Of a stretch of 64,000 nt of DNA, positions 19,095-28,599 are shown piece by piece. Source of the DNA: Nitrosopumilus sp. (GTDB taxonomy: Archaea > Thermoproteota > Nitrososphaeria > Nitrososphaerales > Nitrosopumilaceae); contig OZ244732.1 of the NCBI GenBank assembly GCA_965219345.1, positions 800,001-864,000 on the forward strand. Reading direction: 5' to 3'. Positions within the stretch are counted from its first letter, which is position 1, and every line of letters starts with the position of its first letter. Below the pieces are notes generated by a model. That model was not told the origin of the DNA. It saw only the letters and a program-made list of their open reading frames with translations, and ran no database searches. A program made the translations under genes and the position numbers.

Positions 19095-20673
19095 AAGAAG
19101 AACTGGGATAGTTGCCCTCATTTACTGGCTTTGGGATGGCATAGATAGAACAATATTTACCGCAATCAAGTTTTCATTCCCCGCCAGATTTGTTAGTCCA
19201 TTTGGATTCTTAGGGATGCTTACCTTTGTTGTATTTATCATTCTTGGAGTTTCAGGAGCTCTACTCATGTTTTATTATCAGCCTATTCTGGATAGGGCGT
19301 GGGATAGCGTTCAATTCATCAATGATGACGTTCCATTTGGTTTCCACATAAGGAATATTCACTATCATGGTTCCAATGCAATGGTACTCTTAGCTGTTCT
19401 TCACATGTATTACCAGTTCTTTAGTGGACGATACAAAATTAGAAATGAAGTTTTATGGATGTCTGGTGTCATTCTTGGCACTGTTACTATTCTTGAGGCA
19501 TTCACCGGATATGATGTCATATTCAGTGAAAGAGCAGAACTTGCAATTAGTATTGCGGCGTCTCTGACGACATCAATTCCTGTAGTGGGACCAACTATTC
19601 GTGATGCGGCGCTTGGCAGTGGATTCTCGGACTTTGTGTTAAGATTCTATGCACAGCATGTGTTCTTGCTACCGATAGTAATGCTGGGATTAATGGCAGT
19701 CCATTTCCCAAGATTCTTGGTATTTGACGTACCTATGGTCATGGCCATTTCCGGCGCTATTCTCATTACTGGTGGGGTGTTCCCGATTGATCTGGGATTC
19801 AAATTTGAGCCGACAGTACCGCCAGGAGTAACGGTTCCTGAATGGTATCTTACAGGAATTTATGCATTCATGAGGACTCAGTATGACAAGTTTGTAACGG
19901 GACTGTTATGGCCCCTGATATTTATCACCTCACTTCTGTTTATACCGTTCCTTGACAGATACAAGAAATTCTCATGGAGGGAAAGACCAATAGTTACATC
20001 ATTTGGCATTACCAGCCTTGCCCAGATTATGGTCACTACATATTGGGGATTCTATATTTCACCTGATGTCACCATTCCGTTGGTAGAGCGTTTAGTAATT
20101 GATCCAATATTCTTCTACTCTACAATGATCTTGATGGTACCGCTAGGATTTGGATTTACATACATGATGATCAAACTTGCAAATGAATCTGAAAGAAAAT
20201 CAAAACTTGCAAAAAGTACAGGCCCGCAAAAAGTTGCCACAATCAATCTTTCTGAAAAATGGATTAACTGGCTGCTAGTTGCCTTGTTGGCATTCCAGGT
20301 ATTCCTAAACATTGCAGCATACAATGCCGCTTTGACAGGAATGAAGAACATGTCGTTATTCTTTGTTGGAATAATCTTGTTGGTGTTTGCAGCATTCTTC
20401 CATCTTTACAGATATGCTATGAGTGAGGAAAAGAATGCACCGCCACCACCTCCACCTGTTCCAGTACGGGAAGAAAAGCCAAAACTACCTGCACCAGATG
20501 CATCCGCTGGGCCAGGCAAACTTCCGGAAGGTGATACTGCATCCGAAGGAAAATCAGAACCAAAAGAATTGGTTCAAGAAGTTCCTGCGCCAAAGACCCA
20601 AGCAGATTTGGGTGTTAATGCAGATAACAATCCAAATACTGGCTCTGATGGACCTGAGGGGTTGAAGAAATGA
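19078..20673 (+). CDS. petB: Cytochrome b of complex III
   Basis: Heme His in RNIHYHG and VLHM; PEWY Qo motif; Pro-rich C-terminal tail. Confidence 0.95.
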   Translation: MAVSLERRTGIVALIYWLWDGIDRTIFTAIKFSFPARFVSPFGFLGMLTFVVFIILGVSGALLMFYYQPILDRAWDSVQFINDDVPFGFHIRNIHYHGSNAMVLLAVLHMYYQFFSGRYKIRNEVLWMSGVILGTVTILEAFTGYDVIFSERAELAISIAASLTTSIPVVGPTIRDAALGSGFSDFVLRFYAQHVFLLPIVMLGLMAVHFPRFLVFDVPMVMAISGAILITGGVFPIDLGFKFEPTVPPGVTVPEWYLTGIYAFMRTQYDKFVTGLLWPLIFITSLLFIPFLDRYKKFSWRERPIVTSFGITSLAQIMVTTYWGFYISPDVTIPLVERLVIDPIFFYSTMILMVPLGFGFTYMMIKLANESERKSKLAKSTGPQKVATINLSEKWINWLLVALLAFQVFLNIAAYNAALTGMKNMSLFFVGIILLVFAAFFHLYRYAMSEEKNAPPPPPPVPVREEKPKLPAPDASAGPGKLPEGDTASEGKSEPKELVQEVPAPKTQADLGVNADNNPNTGSDGPEGLKK

Positions 20674-21131
20674 GTACATCTACGTCACAACACGCGTATG
20701 GCATTGGAGTAATTGCACTAATCATTGGCATGTCTGTCTCAATAATATTTTACACCTCATTTTATCTTCCTGAATCTTTAGAAAAACCATCTGTATCAGA
20801 ACATATCTTAAATCCTGAGCAAGATTTTATCATTGAAATTGTTCCGGGGGCAACAATTGAAGGAAATGAGAATTATGTTCCAAATTCGCCAACAGTATTA
20901 TTGAATATCGATAATAAAGTGATTTGGCAAAATAATGATGACACGGCACATACTGTAACTCCTGATCATAGGCACTCTGATTCTTACAGTGGTGATTTTG
21001 GTTCTTCTGGAGTTATAAAACCTGGTGACGTGTATGAATTTCTATTCACAGAGCCTCAAGAGGTTCTTTATCACTGTGAACCTCATCCATGGATGACCGG
21101 ATCACTATCTGTAGAGAAGAGTAGATTCTAG
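20670..21131 (+). CDS. Membrane-anchored plastocyanin-like cupredoxin
   Basis: AHTVT and YHCEPHPWM type-1 copper ligands; translationally coupled to petB. Confidence 0.92.
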   Translation: MSTSTSQHAYGIGVIALIIGMSVSIIFYTSFYLPESLEKPSVSEHILNPEQDFIIEIVPGATIEGNENYVPNSPTVLLNIDNKVIWQNNDDTAHTVTPDHRHSDSYSGDFGSSGVIKPGDVYEFLFTEPQEVLYHCEPHPWMTGSLSVEKSRF

Positions 21132-21478
21132 ATAGAATATTTTGCAAAAATTATTTGACTTTCAATTTCTTTATGCTGCTCAATAATTGATACCCTAAAT
21201 TTTATTTCATATTCTTGTTTTGGTTCAAATTTAATTAGTGCAGTAAACTCTGCCTTGTTTTCAGGCATTACGTCTTTGTTGATGAATAATCTTGAAACAT
21301 GTTGTGATATGCTCTTTCCATTACATGACTTGTAGACTATGTGTTCATTTGAATCCAAAATCTGGGTATTTATCACAACTCCGTCATATCTTCCTGGATA
21401 TGAAACAGAAATTGTTCCCCTGATTTCAGAATTTGGATGAATATCAATTGAATTTAATTTAAATTCTATATCTTTCAT
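21128..21478 (-). CDS. Hypothetical protein
   Basis: 116-aa beta-rich ORF convergent with the cupredoxin gene. Confidence 0.7.
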   Translation of the reverse strand: MKDIEFKLNSIDIHPNSEIRGTISVSYPGRYDGVVINTQILDSNEHIVYKSCNGKSISQHVSRLFINKDVMPENKAEFTALIKFEPKQEYEIKFRVSIIEQHKEIESQIIFAKYSI

Positions 21479-21581
21479 GAAAATATCACCTACAAATCAG
21501 AATAAATAATTTTGTTAGGCGGGCCCAAAGGGTCCCAGAACATTTTATCCACTAATATAGACCCAACATTACATACTAATA

Positions 21582-22180
21582 TTGAAATTAAAGATATCTG
21601 ATATTCAAGAAAATGCATATCAAAATTTTGTAGATTCTATAAAGGGATAAGGAAACTTTTAGAAAATACAATAGTTATCTAAATCTATTTTTGGAATTAA
21701 TTCCAAATGAAACATACAGACAATATTTGGGTTATGAACCAAAAATCAGAAATGTAGAGTTACTATCTATTGCATTTATTCAAATAGCCCAAAATGATGT
21801 TAAATCTGTTAAAGGTATCATACAAGCCTATACAAGAAACTTGAAGGAACAGATTGAAGATGAAAAACTTTCTCCTGCAACTGCTAAAAATCGACTCAAA
21901 CCAATCAAGGCATTAATGAAATCAAATGATATTGATATGTCTTGGTATCTAATTGATAAATCACTTCCAAAACCAGGCAAGAGTAAAGATAGATCATACA
22001 AAAGAGAAGAACTTCAATCTATGATGATGAGTTCAACAGATTTGACTGATAAAGTTGTTGTTGTTTTATTTTCTTCTGCTGGTTTTAGAGTAGAAGCATG
22101 GAATTATTTTTGTTGGGAAGATGTTATATTTTTTAGAAATAAAGATGAATCTTTCAAAGGTGGGGCTATCCGTATTTACC
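21582..22180 (+). pseudogene. Tyrosine recombinase/integrase, frameshifted and C-terminally truncated
   Basis: ENAYQNFVDSIK / frameshift / DKETFRKYN...; DRSYKREELQ...DKVVVVLFSSAGFRVEA (catalytic Arg box); the later HxxR and Tyr motifs are absent. Confidence 0.8.
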
Positions 22181-22952
22181 ATCCCCAAAGAAAATTACAA
22201 AGAATTTAGATGATTTAGATATTAAAATCCAAAACCTTCAAAACCAAAATAAAATCCTAGAACAAATTGCACAGGCAATCTTCAAATCATGGTTTGTTGA
22301 CTATGATGGAGTAACAGAATTTGAGGATTCAGAGTTAGGCAAGATACCAAAAGGGTGGAGTGTAAAAAAATTAAGTGATTTTATTTCTGCTGATAAGGGT
22401 CTGTCCTATAAAGGAAAATTTTTGTCCACTTTTGGTACTCCATTAATTAATTTAGGAAATATTGAAAAAAATGGAGGATACATTGAACATAAAATTAAAC
22501 ATTATACTGGTGAATTTAAAACAGAACATGTTATTTCTTCAAAGGATATAGTAATTGCAAATACCGACATTACACAAGATCGTTTGGTTTTAGGCAGTCC
22601 CGCATTAATCCCTCCATTAGATTCGGAAGAAATAATCTTTACACATCATATTTTTGCTGTGAGGAATAATTCAAATTTTAGAAAATATTTCTTATATCAT
22701 TTACTTAAAACACAAAATTACCATCAACATGTTGTTGGTTATGCAACAGGAACAACAGTTTTGGCCATATCTAAAGAAGCAGTATTAGACTTTCAATTTG
22801 TATTACCAAATGATGATTTAATAAAAAAGTTTGATAAAATTGCTTCAGATATACAAGAATCATTATTTAGAAATAATTCTACTATTCAATCTTTAACAAA
22901 AATTCGTGACATATTCCTTCCAAAACTAATGTCAGGACAAATAAGGATGTAA
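22170..22952 (+). pseudogene. hsdS: Type I R-M specificity subunit, C-terminal half (central spacer, one TRD, C-terminal conserved region)
   Basis: The frame upstream of the 22422 ORF reads LDDLDIKIQNLQNQNKILEQIAQAIFKSWFVD...SELGKIPKGW; the gene ends LTKIRDIFLPKLMSGQIRM. Confidence 0.9.
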
Positions 22953-23142
22953 AGACATTTCAAGTATTTACAATAAATTAGCAAAAGTTACGTTTCGTTA
23001 GAAGAACATTACATAGAATCAGGAAAAATCATAATCATGCAATCTTGCGCATATGGAACATACTTTATTGGAAAGAGGAGGATTTTACAAAAAATACAGA
23101 ATAAAGATTTATCAATATCTATGAAAAAATATTCATAGGTAA

Positions 23143-23964
23143 ATGTTGCAGAAAATAAAGGAAAATCCAATATCGTACTCATTAAAGGAGGTCCCAATTG
23201 ATGCCATCACAGTATGGGAAGAAGCGCAGACAAGAACATTAGATAATACTGACATTGATTCTCTTGCTAATTCAATAGCGCAAGAAGGACTACAGAATCC
23301 GCCAATGGTACAAAAAGATGGGAATAATTCTTACCTGCTCATGGCAGGGCAACGAAGACTTGCAGCTCTCAAGAAATTGGGTTCCAAGACAATTCCAGTA
23401 CTTGTATTATCAAAGAACAGTTCTTGTGACATACATGATGCAAAAGCAGTCTCAATAATTGAAAATTTACACAGAAAAGACATGAGCATCTCTGAGATGG
23501 TGGCATCATGCCAATTTTTAGCAGAAAAAATGGGTAAAACAGATGCTGCCAAGGCCTTGGGAATAAATCGTTCAACATTACATGGATATCTTGGATTCGG
23601 TGCAGTTCCAGACGGGATTAAACAAATGGTTCCCAAAGTATTGTCTAAAAGAGATGCAATTCGATTATGCAAAGTAATTCCAGTGGAATCAAAAGCAATT
23701 GAACTAGTTGAGAAAATAAAAAGGTATGACTCTGCACAAAAAAAGAGATATTTGGATGCACTGGAGCAGCTAGGAAACAATGTAGAACATTCTGAAATTC
23801 AAAAACTTGCAAATTCGTTTAGGGCAAGACGGAATTTGTCATTAAAGATACCCAAGAGCCAGGCAAAGGGGCTATCCAAAATATCCCGAGAAAACAATAT
23901 GGAACCTGCAGAGTTTGCACAAAAAATAGTTACAAACTATTTGACCAAAAAAGGTTTCAAGTAA
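23143..23964 (+). CDS. ParB/Spo0J-like protein (ParB/Srx domain, HTH, possible C-terminal RHH)
   Basis: LANSIAQEGLQNPP, AGQRRLAA, IENLHRKDM; HTH AAKALGINRSTL. Confidence 0.88.
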   Translation: MLQKIKENPISYSLKEVPIDAITVWEEAQTRTLDNTDIDSLANSIAQEGLQNPPMVQKDGNNSYLLMAGQRRLAALKKLGSKTIPVLVLSKNSSCDIHDAKAVSIIENLHRKDMSISEMVASCQFLAEKMGKTDAAKALGINRSTLHGYLGFGAVPDGIKQMVPKVLSKRDAIRLCKVIPVESKAIELVEKIKRYDSAQKKRYLDALEQLGNNVEHSEIQKLANSFRARRNLSLKIPKSQAKGLSKISRENNMEPAEFAQKIVTNYLTKKGFK

Positions 23965-24094
23965 TTTCATAATATTCAACAATTTGTCTAAGAAATATAT
24001 CAAATTACAAATGTATTGTTTAAATAATTTGTAACGACATGACAACTTTATTTTAAAATAAATCGTTATAATTACAAATAGAACAAGAAAAATC

Positions 24095-24328
24095 TCATAC
24101 TCTGATTTGTCCTGACATTAGTTTTGGGAGTAGAGCATCACGAATTTTTGTTAAAGAAAGAATTTGGTTTGCACTGTATTCCAATTTTTCATAGATAGGA
24201 TTTAGTATGCTATCAAAATTAGAAGAAATGTTACCCGATTGTTGATTAGGTAAACAGATTTTGGTATTTTCAATTATTTCTGAGGGAAATGACGGATATG
24301 CAGATGTGTGTGTGTGTGAATCTGCTAC
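24095..24328 (-). pseudogene. hsdS: Second hsdS 3' fragment, inverted, absent from the ORF track
   Basis: Minus strand reads ADSHTHTSAYPSFPSEIIENTKICLP...FDSILNPIYEK...LTKIRDALLPKLMSGQIRV*. Confidence 0.88.
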
Positions 24329-24329
24329 T

Positions 24330-24883
24330 CATGATGGCAACATCACAAGTGACTCGTATGGTGCATGGAATCACGTTGGAGCCACACATCAGAAATGCCA
24401 CATCCATTACATCAGAGAAATTGATGATACGATTAATCGCAAGAATCCAGGAGCAGAGTTTGAATCATTTGCAAAAAAGTTCAAGAAGATAATTTATGAT
24501 TCTCATAATGCAGTATCAATTGCAGATAAATCAAAAAGACTTTTGGCAAAAAAGAATCTTGAACGCAGAATATCATACATCATATCAAAACAATACCATG
24601 AGAAAAATTGTATTAGATTTGTAAAAAGAATCAGACGTGAGAGAAAAATGCTCTTCACATTCTTGGTTACTGGAACCGACTCTCACAATAACACAGCAGA
24701 AAGGGCAATAAGGCCAAACGTAATAATTTGAAAAATTACAAATGTACATCGCTCAGAGAATGGTGCATATGCTCACAAGGTGTTGATGAGTATAAAGGAG
24801 ACATGCAGATTACGAGGATTAAATTTTCATGATTATTCTTTAGAATATCTTGGGAATTTCACTTCAAAATTCTAGACAGTTAC
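24330..24883 (+). pseudogene. IS66-family transposase C-terminal relic and right end
   Basis: TSDSYGAW, HQKCHIHYIRE and NNTAERAIRP motifs; premature stop at 24729; end GACAGTTAC (GTAA-type IR). Confidence 0.85.
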
Positions 24884-24967
24884 TTTTGCATTCTTTAAAA
24901 CTCTGAGTGTTTCTATATTTTAACGGGTGCAATGTTTTTGTATGATATACTTTTAGATTTTATATCA

Positions 24968-25321
24968 TCAGATATCTAAAATTTCTTTCTTAATCTTATG
25001 TGTTATTAATTCATAAAATTCTATAGTTACACTATCCATTTTTTTAATTATTTTATCTGATCTTACAGTTACAATTCTTTTACACATTACTTGAGATTGT
25101 TCTCCTAGTTCCACATTTTCTAAGGAATGTGGTTTTATTGGAACGGGGTAAGGATCGTGGTTTTGATTAGTTGTTATGCCAACACAAACAAAAAATCTAC
25201 CACGATGAAATTCTTTTCTAGAAATTACTGGTAATGGTCTGACTTTTCTTTGTTTTTGATCTCCATAACTAGGATCAGCTAGTACTATATCCCGAGAATC
25301 AATCTTAATCTGATTTGTCAA
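24968..25321 (-). CDS. mazF: PemK/MazF-family toxin
   Basis: DIVLADPSYGD...KVRP.PVIS, CVGITT and SQVMC-RIVTV motifs; some substitutions suggest decay. Confidence 0.75.
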   Translation of the reverse strand: MTNQIKIDSRDIVLADPSYGDQKQRKVRPLPVISRKEFHRGRFFVCVGITTNQNHDPYPVPIKPHSLENVELGEQSQVMCKRIVTVRSDKIIKKMDSVTIEFYELITHKIKKEILDI

Positions 25322-25335
25322 TAGTGTTGTTTTTT

Positions 25336-25452
25336 CTAGTCATTCATAACATTTTGTGTGAGGAGATCCAAGTCTTTTTCTACATTATCTATGGGTTCAT
25401 TTTCTGCAATTTCTAAAGATACTTTCTTTCTTGCAGGTTTCGTAGTGCTCAT
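25336..25452 (-). pseudogene. Possible truncated antitoxin upstream of mazF
   Basis: Short ORF MSTTKPARKK... directly upstream of the toxin; called from position only. Confidence 0.35.
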
Positions 25453-25553
25453 GCTACCAGATCCATAATTGGTATAAAAACATCCTTGTGTATGAACCCT
25501 TGAGATTGCCGAGTTCAAATCCCCGTGGGTCCAAATTAATCAGCAAATCGACA

Positions 25554-25628
25554 CGGGCCCAAAGGGCTTCGATCCCTTGACCATTGGATTAGAAGTCCAA
25601 CACTCTATCCATGCTGAGCTATGGGCCC
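25554..25628 (-). tRNA. tRNA-Arg(TCT)
   Basis: GGGCCCA acceptor stem, D arm TAGCTCAG..GGATAGAG, anticodon arm TTGGA-CTTCTAA-TCCAA, T arm AAGGG-ATCGAAG-CCCTT; CCA not encoded. Confidence 0.95.
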
Positions 25629-25661
25629 AAAAACCTAGCGATTAATTACCATTTTAAGGGT

Positions 25662-26504
25662 TTACAGCCACTTTTTTTGGTGGCTGTCTCTTTCCATTTT
25701 GAAGAGGAATTGTTGTGCATAACCAGCATATGGCCCAAAATGACTTACAATTTTTTCATGAAGAATGTCATATTGTTTTTCTGTAATTGTTTTTGTTTCA
25801 AGACAAAATTCATCACGATAATATTTTTCTAAAATTCTAACCATCCATCTGTCTAATGGAAATGCCTCCAATTTGTTTAATGAAAATAACATTACACAAT
25901 CTGCAACCTTATTTCCAACACCAGGAATACAACGAATACTCTCTTTGGTCTCAAAATATTTAGATCTTTTCAAACTCTCAAAGTCTATTTCTTTTGAAAA
26001 AATCATATTTGCTGCACTTTTGACGAATTTAGCTCGATATCCAACCCCACAGCTTCCAATTTCATTAATTGATGCTTTACCAAGTTTCTCTGGTTTGGGA
26101 AATAAAAAAAACTCCTGATTTTCAAATTCGATCTTTGTTCCAAACTTTTTTGATATATTTTCAAGACTAGTTTTTATTTTTTGAATGCTGGAGTTTGAAG
26201 AAATAATAAATGAAATCAAACATTGAAAAGGATCTTGCTTGAGAATTCTTAAACCGGGATATTTTTTCACAGCCATCCTGACTGTGTTATCTCTTGAAAT
26301 TGATTTGATTACGTTATCTAAACTATCATTTTTTCTAAAGAAATCTATCTTCAAATTTTGATACGACTTGATAATTCCATTTTTATCTATACGCAGAACA
26401 TTTTGACCATTAATGCCATCCCAATAACCTTCATTTTTTTTCCAAAGAAATACCTGACCGCTATTTATTGAATTTTCAACATTTATTGTACAATTTTCTT
26501 GCAT
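25662..26504 (-). CDS. 8-oxoguanine DNA glycosylase (OGG1-like, HhH-GPD)
   Basis: SGQVFLW, QDPFQCLISFIIS, IPGVGNKVADC, AFPLD, YAGYAQQFLF. Confidence 0.9.
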   Translation of the reverse strand: MQENCTINVENSINSGQVFLWKKNEGYWDGINGQNVLRIDKNGIIKSYQNLKIDFFRKNDSLDNVIKSISRDNTVRMAVKKYPGLRILKQDPFQCLISFIISSNSSIQKIKTSLENISKKFGTKIEFENQEFFLFPKPEKLGKASINEIGSCGVGYRAKFVKSAANMIFSKEIDFESLKRSKYFETKESIRCIPGVGNKVADCVMLFSLNKLEAFPLDRWMVRILEKYYRDEFCLETKTITEKQYDILHEKIVSHFGPYAGYAQQFLFKMERDSHQKKWL

Positions 26505-26505
26505 T

Positions 26506-27771
26506 TCAGACAGTTATTGTCTCATCAACTGCAGGCGCATGTGCTTCAAATCCAAACTTCTCATGAATTTCTTGGGCAAACAAGTCACATGACTCTGAAT
26601 CTCCATGAACTGTAAGCACTTTTGGATTTCCTTTAATTTTTTTCATCATATCAAACAATCCGTTTCTATCTGCGTGTCCCGAAAACTCAAACTGTTTTAC
26701 TTCTGCCGTTACATTGACATCTTTGCCTCTTGTTGATACCTTTCCCGTTTCAAGCAATTTTCTTCCTGGCGTTCCTTCACCTTGATATGATACCAGAGCA
26801 ATTCCATTTTTATCATCAAATGATAGCTGTTGCAAATAAAATACAGCGTTTCCTCCAACTAGCATCCCGGCAGGTGAGATTACTACGCAAGGTTCATCCA
26901 TTGCACGTTTTCTTTTATTATGTTCCCTAATTGCAGTTGCACTATTAATTGCATCAGCAAAAACTTTTGGGTCTCGTAAATATTCTGGATGTCTAGACAT
27001 TATTTCATTTACTTTGAGCGCCATCCCATCCATGATAATTTTGTGTTTAAAGTTTGCATTTCTTAAAATACATGCAATCTCTTGAGAACGTTCAACTGAG
27101 AATGATGGAATGAATAGTGTTCCTTTCCTATCCATTACTTCATTCGCAAACTCAATTAATTCTTGTTCAGATTCTTTTCTAGGTTTCTGTTCTGTTTGAG
27201 AATATGTACTCTCAGTTATTAGAAGATCAATTTCACCTATGTCAAGGTCTGCCTCTCGAAGCATTCTTGAACCATTTGTTTTGATATCCCCAGTATAGAA
27301 AAGTCGTTTTTTCTCTGATTCTACCAAAACAGTACTTCCGCCAATTACATGTCCTGATTCTCTTAACTCAAAAGATGCATTTCCCTTGGCAACTTTTTGT
27401 TTAAACGCAATTTCCTTGGCATTTTTCATCATGTTGTTTAGTTCAGGCAGGTCAAATGGGTGTGAATTCTTTTCAATTTTTAGCATATCTTCAATCAATA
27501 ACCTTGATAGGTCAAAGGTTGGCGGTGTAGCATAGACATCAGTATTTCCACTTACAAAAAGAGACGGTACATTTCCTGAATGATCTAAATGAGCATGAGT
27601 AATTATGATTGCATCTACATCTTTGGGTTTTACGTGAAGTGGATATGTTGGCGGTGTTCCCCTTCTTCCAAACATCACTCCGTAATCAAGTAAGAAATTT
27701 GTTCCATTACAATTAACTAAAAAGCCAGATCTACCAACCTCTTTTGCAGCTCCTAAAACTTTAACATCCAA
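26506..27771 (-). CDS. Beta-CASP metallo-beta-lactamase ribonuclease
   Basis: LGAAKEVGRS, THAHLDH, ESTY, FSGHAD, VHGD. Confidence 0.93.
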   Translation of the reverse strand: MDVKVLGAAKEVGRSGFLVNCNGTNFLLDYGVMFGRRGTPPTYPLHVKPKDVDAIIITHAHLDHSGNVPSLFVSGNTDVYATPPTFDLSRLLIEDMLKIEKNSHPFDLPELNNMMKNAKEIAFKQKVAKGNASFELRESGHVIGGSTVLVESEKKRLFYTGDIKTNGSRMLREADLDIGEIDLLITESTYSQTEQKPRKESEQELIEFANEVMDRKGTLFIPSFSVERSQEIACILRNANFKHKIIMDGMALKVNEIMSRHPEYLRDPKVFADAINSATAIREHNKRKRAMDEPCVVISPAGMLVGGNAVFYLQQLSFDDKNGIALVSYQGEGTPGRKLLETGKVSTRGKDVNVTAEVKQFEFSGHADRNGLFDMMKKIKGNPKVLTVHGDSESCDLFAQEIHEKFGFEAHAPAVDETITV

Positions 27772-27883
27772 GAATTAAAATAAAATCTCAACTACGTTAA
27801 AACCTTCTTAGATTGATCCGATCATTATGCTTTTTATATAATCTACACAAGCTTTAATTAGTGTAAGCTAAGATCCGATCCTC

Positions 27884-28096
27884 ATGGGAAGAAGTTATGA
27901 CGAATGGATAAAGGCGCAAGATCAAACAGTAGTAGCTAAAACACGTAAAGATGATGAAGCAAACAAACCGCTCTTAAACCAAATTAACTGGATTTGGGTT
28001 AACAACCTTTTGAATAAGAAACCAGAACTTAACCCTTCTTCTGCAGAATTACTTGACTGGGTCACTTCTGGTCAAATAGACGCAATGAGAAAATAG
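27884..28096 (+). CDS. Small hypothetical protein, copy 1
   Basis: 70 aa, with a TATA-like TTTAATTA upstream; near-identical to the next gene. Confidence 0.85.
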   Translation: MGRSYDEWIKAQDQTVVAKTRKDDEANKPLLNQINWIWVNNLLNKKPELNPSSAELLDWVTSGQIDAMRK

Positions 28097-28246
28097 ACAA
28101 AACCTCTTTTGCAGCTCCTAAAACTTTAACGTCCAAGAATTAAAATAAAATCTCAACTACGTTAACCTTCTTAGGTTGATCCGATCATTATGCTTTTTAT
28201 ATAATCTACACAAGCTTTAATTAGTGTAAGCTAAGATCCGATCCTC

Positions 28247-28459
28247 ATGGGAAGAAGTTATGACGAATGGATTAAGGCGCAAGATCAAGCACTCGTTACT
28301 AAAACACGTGCTGGTGATGAAGCAAACAAACCGCTCTTAAACCAAATTAACTGGATTTGGGTTAAAAATCTCTTGGATAAGAAACCAGAACTTAACCCTT
28401 CTTCTGCAGAATTACTTGACTGGGTCACTTCTGGTCAAATAGACGCAATGAGAAAATAA
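28247..28459 (+). CDS. Small hypothetical protein, copy 2
   Basis: 70-aa paralog differing at 7 residues. Confidence 0.85.
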   Translation: MGRSYDEWIKAQDQALVTKTRAGDEANKPLLNQINWIWVKNLLDKKPELNPSSAELLDWVTSGQIDAMRK

Positions 28460-28599
28460 ACGTGCAACACACGTTATCTTTTTGTTTTTTTACCTCTTAA
28501 TCTGATTTCTGCGCACGTATTTCTTCGCGATCAATTCCATAACAGGGTTATGAATTTCAATCATGGTTTAAATAGTCACCAAGCACTGTTAATTTTGTA

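Larger units (their letters stand above)
21520..25566. mobile_element. Decayed integrative element at the 3' end of tRNA-Arg(TCT)
   Basis: 13-bp direct repeat CGGGCCCAAAGGG at 21520-21532 and 25554-25566 (tRNA 3' end); an integrase relic lies next to the distal copy. Confidence 0.85.
27736..28459 (+). repeat. ~363-bp tandem duplication
   Basis: 27736-28096 is repeated at 28101-28459, including the start of the beta-CASP gene, the intergenic promoter and a 70-aa gene. Confidence 0.95.

Noticed and set aside
18489-21131. Complex III with a cupredoxin instead of cytochrome c1 as a novelty
   Set aside because: An established feature of ammonia-oxidising archaea.
24261-24731. 156-aa ORF as a real gene
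   Set aside because: It is a chimera: the first ~23 codons are the antisense of the hsdS fragment and the rest is an IS66 relic.
25611-25832. 73-aa plus-strand ORF
   Set aside because: Overlaps the tRNA and the glycosylase gene on the opposite strand; a shadow ORF.
27736-28459. Diversity-generating retroelement TR/VR pair
   Set aside because: Differences are not adenine-specific, both copies are whole genes with promoters, and no reverse transcriptase is present.
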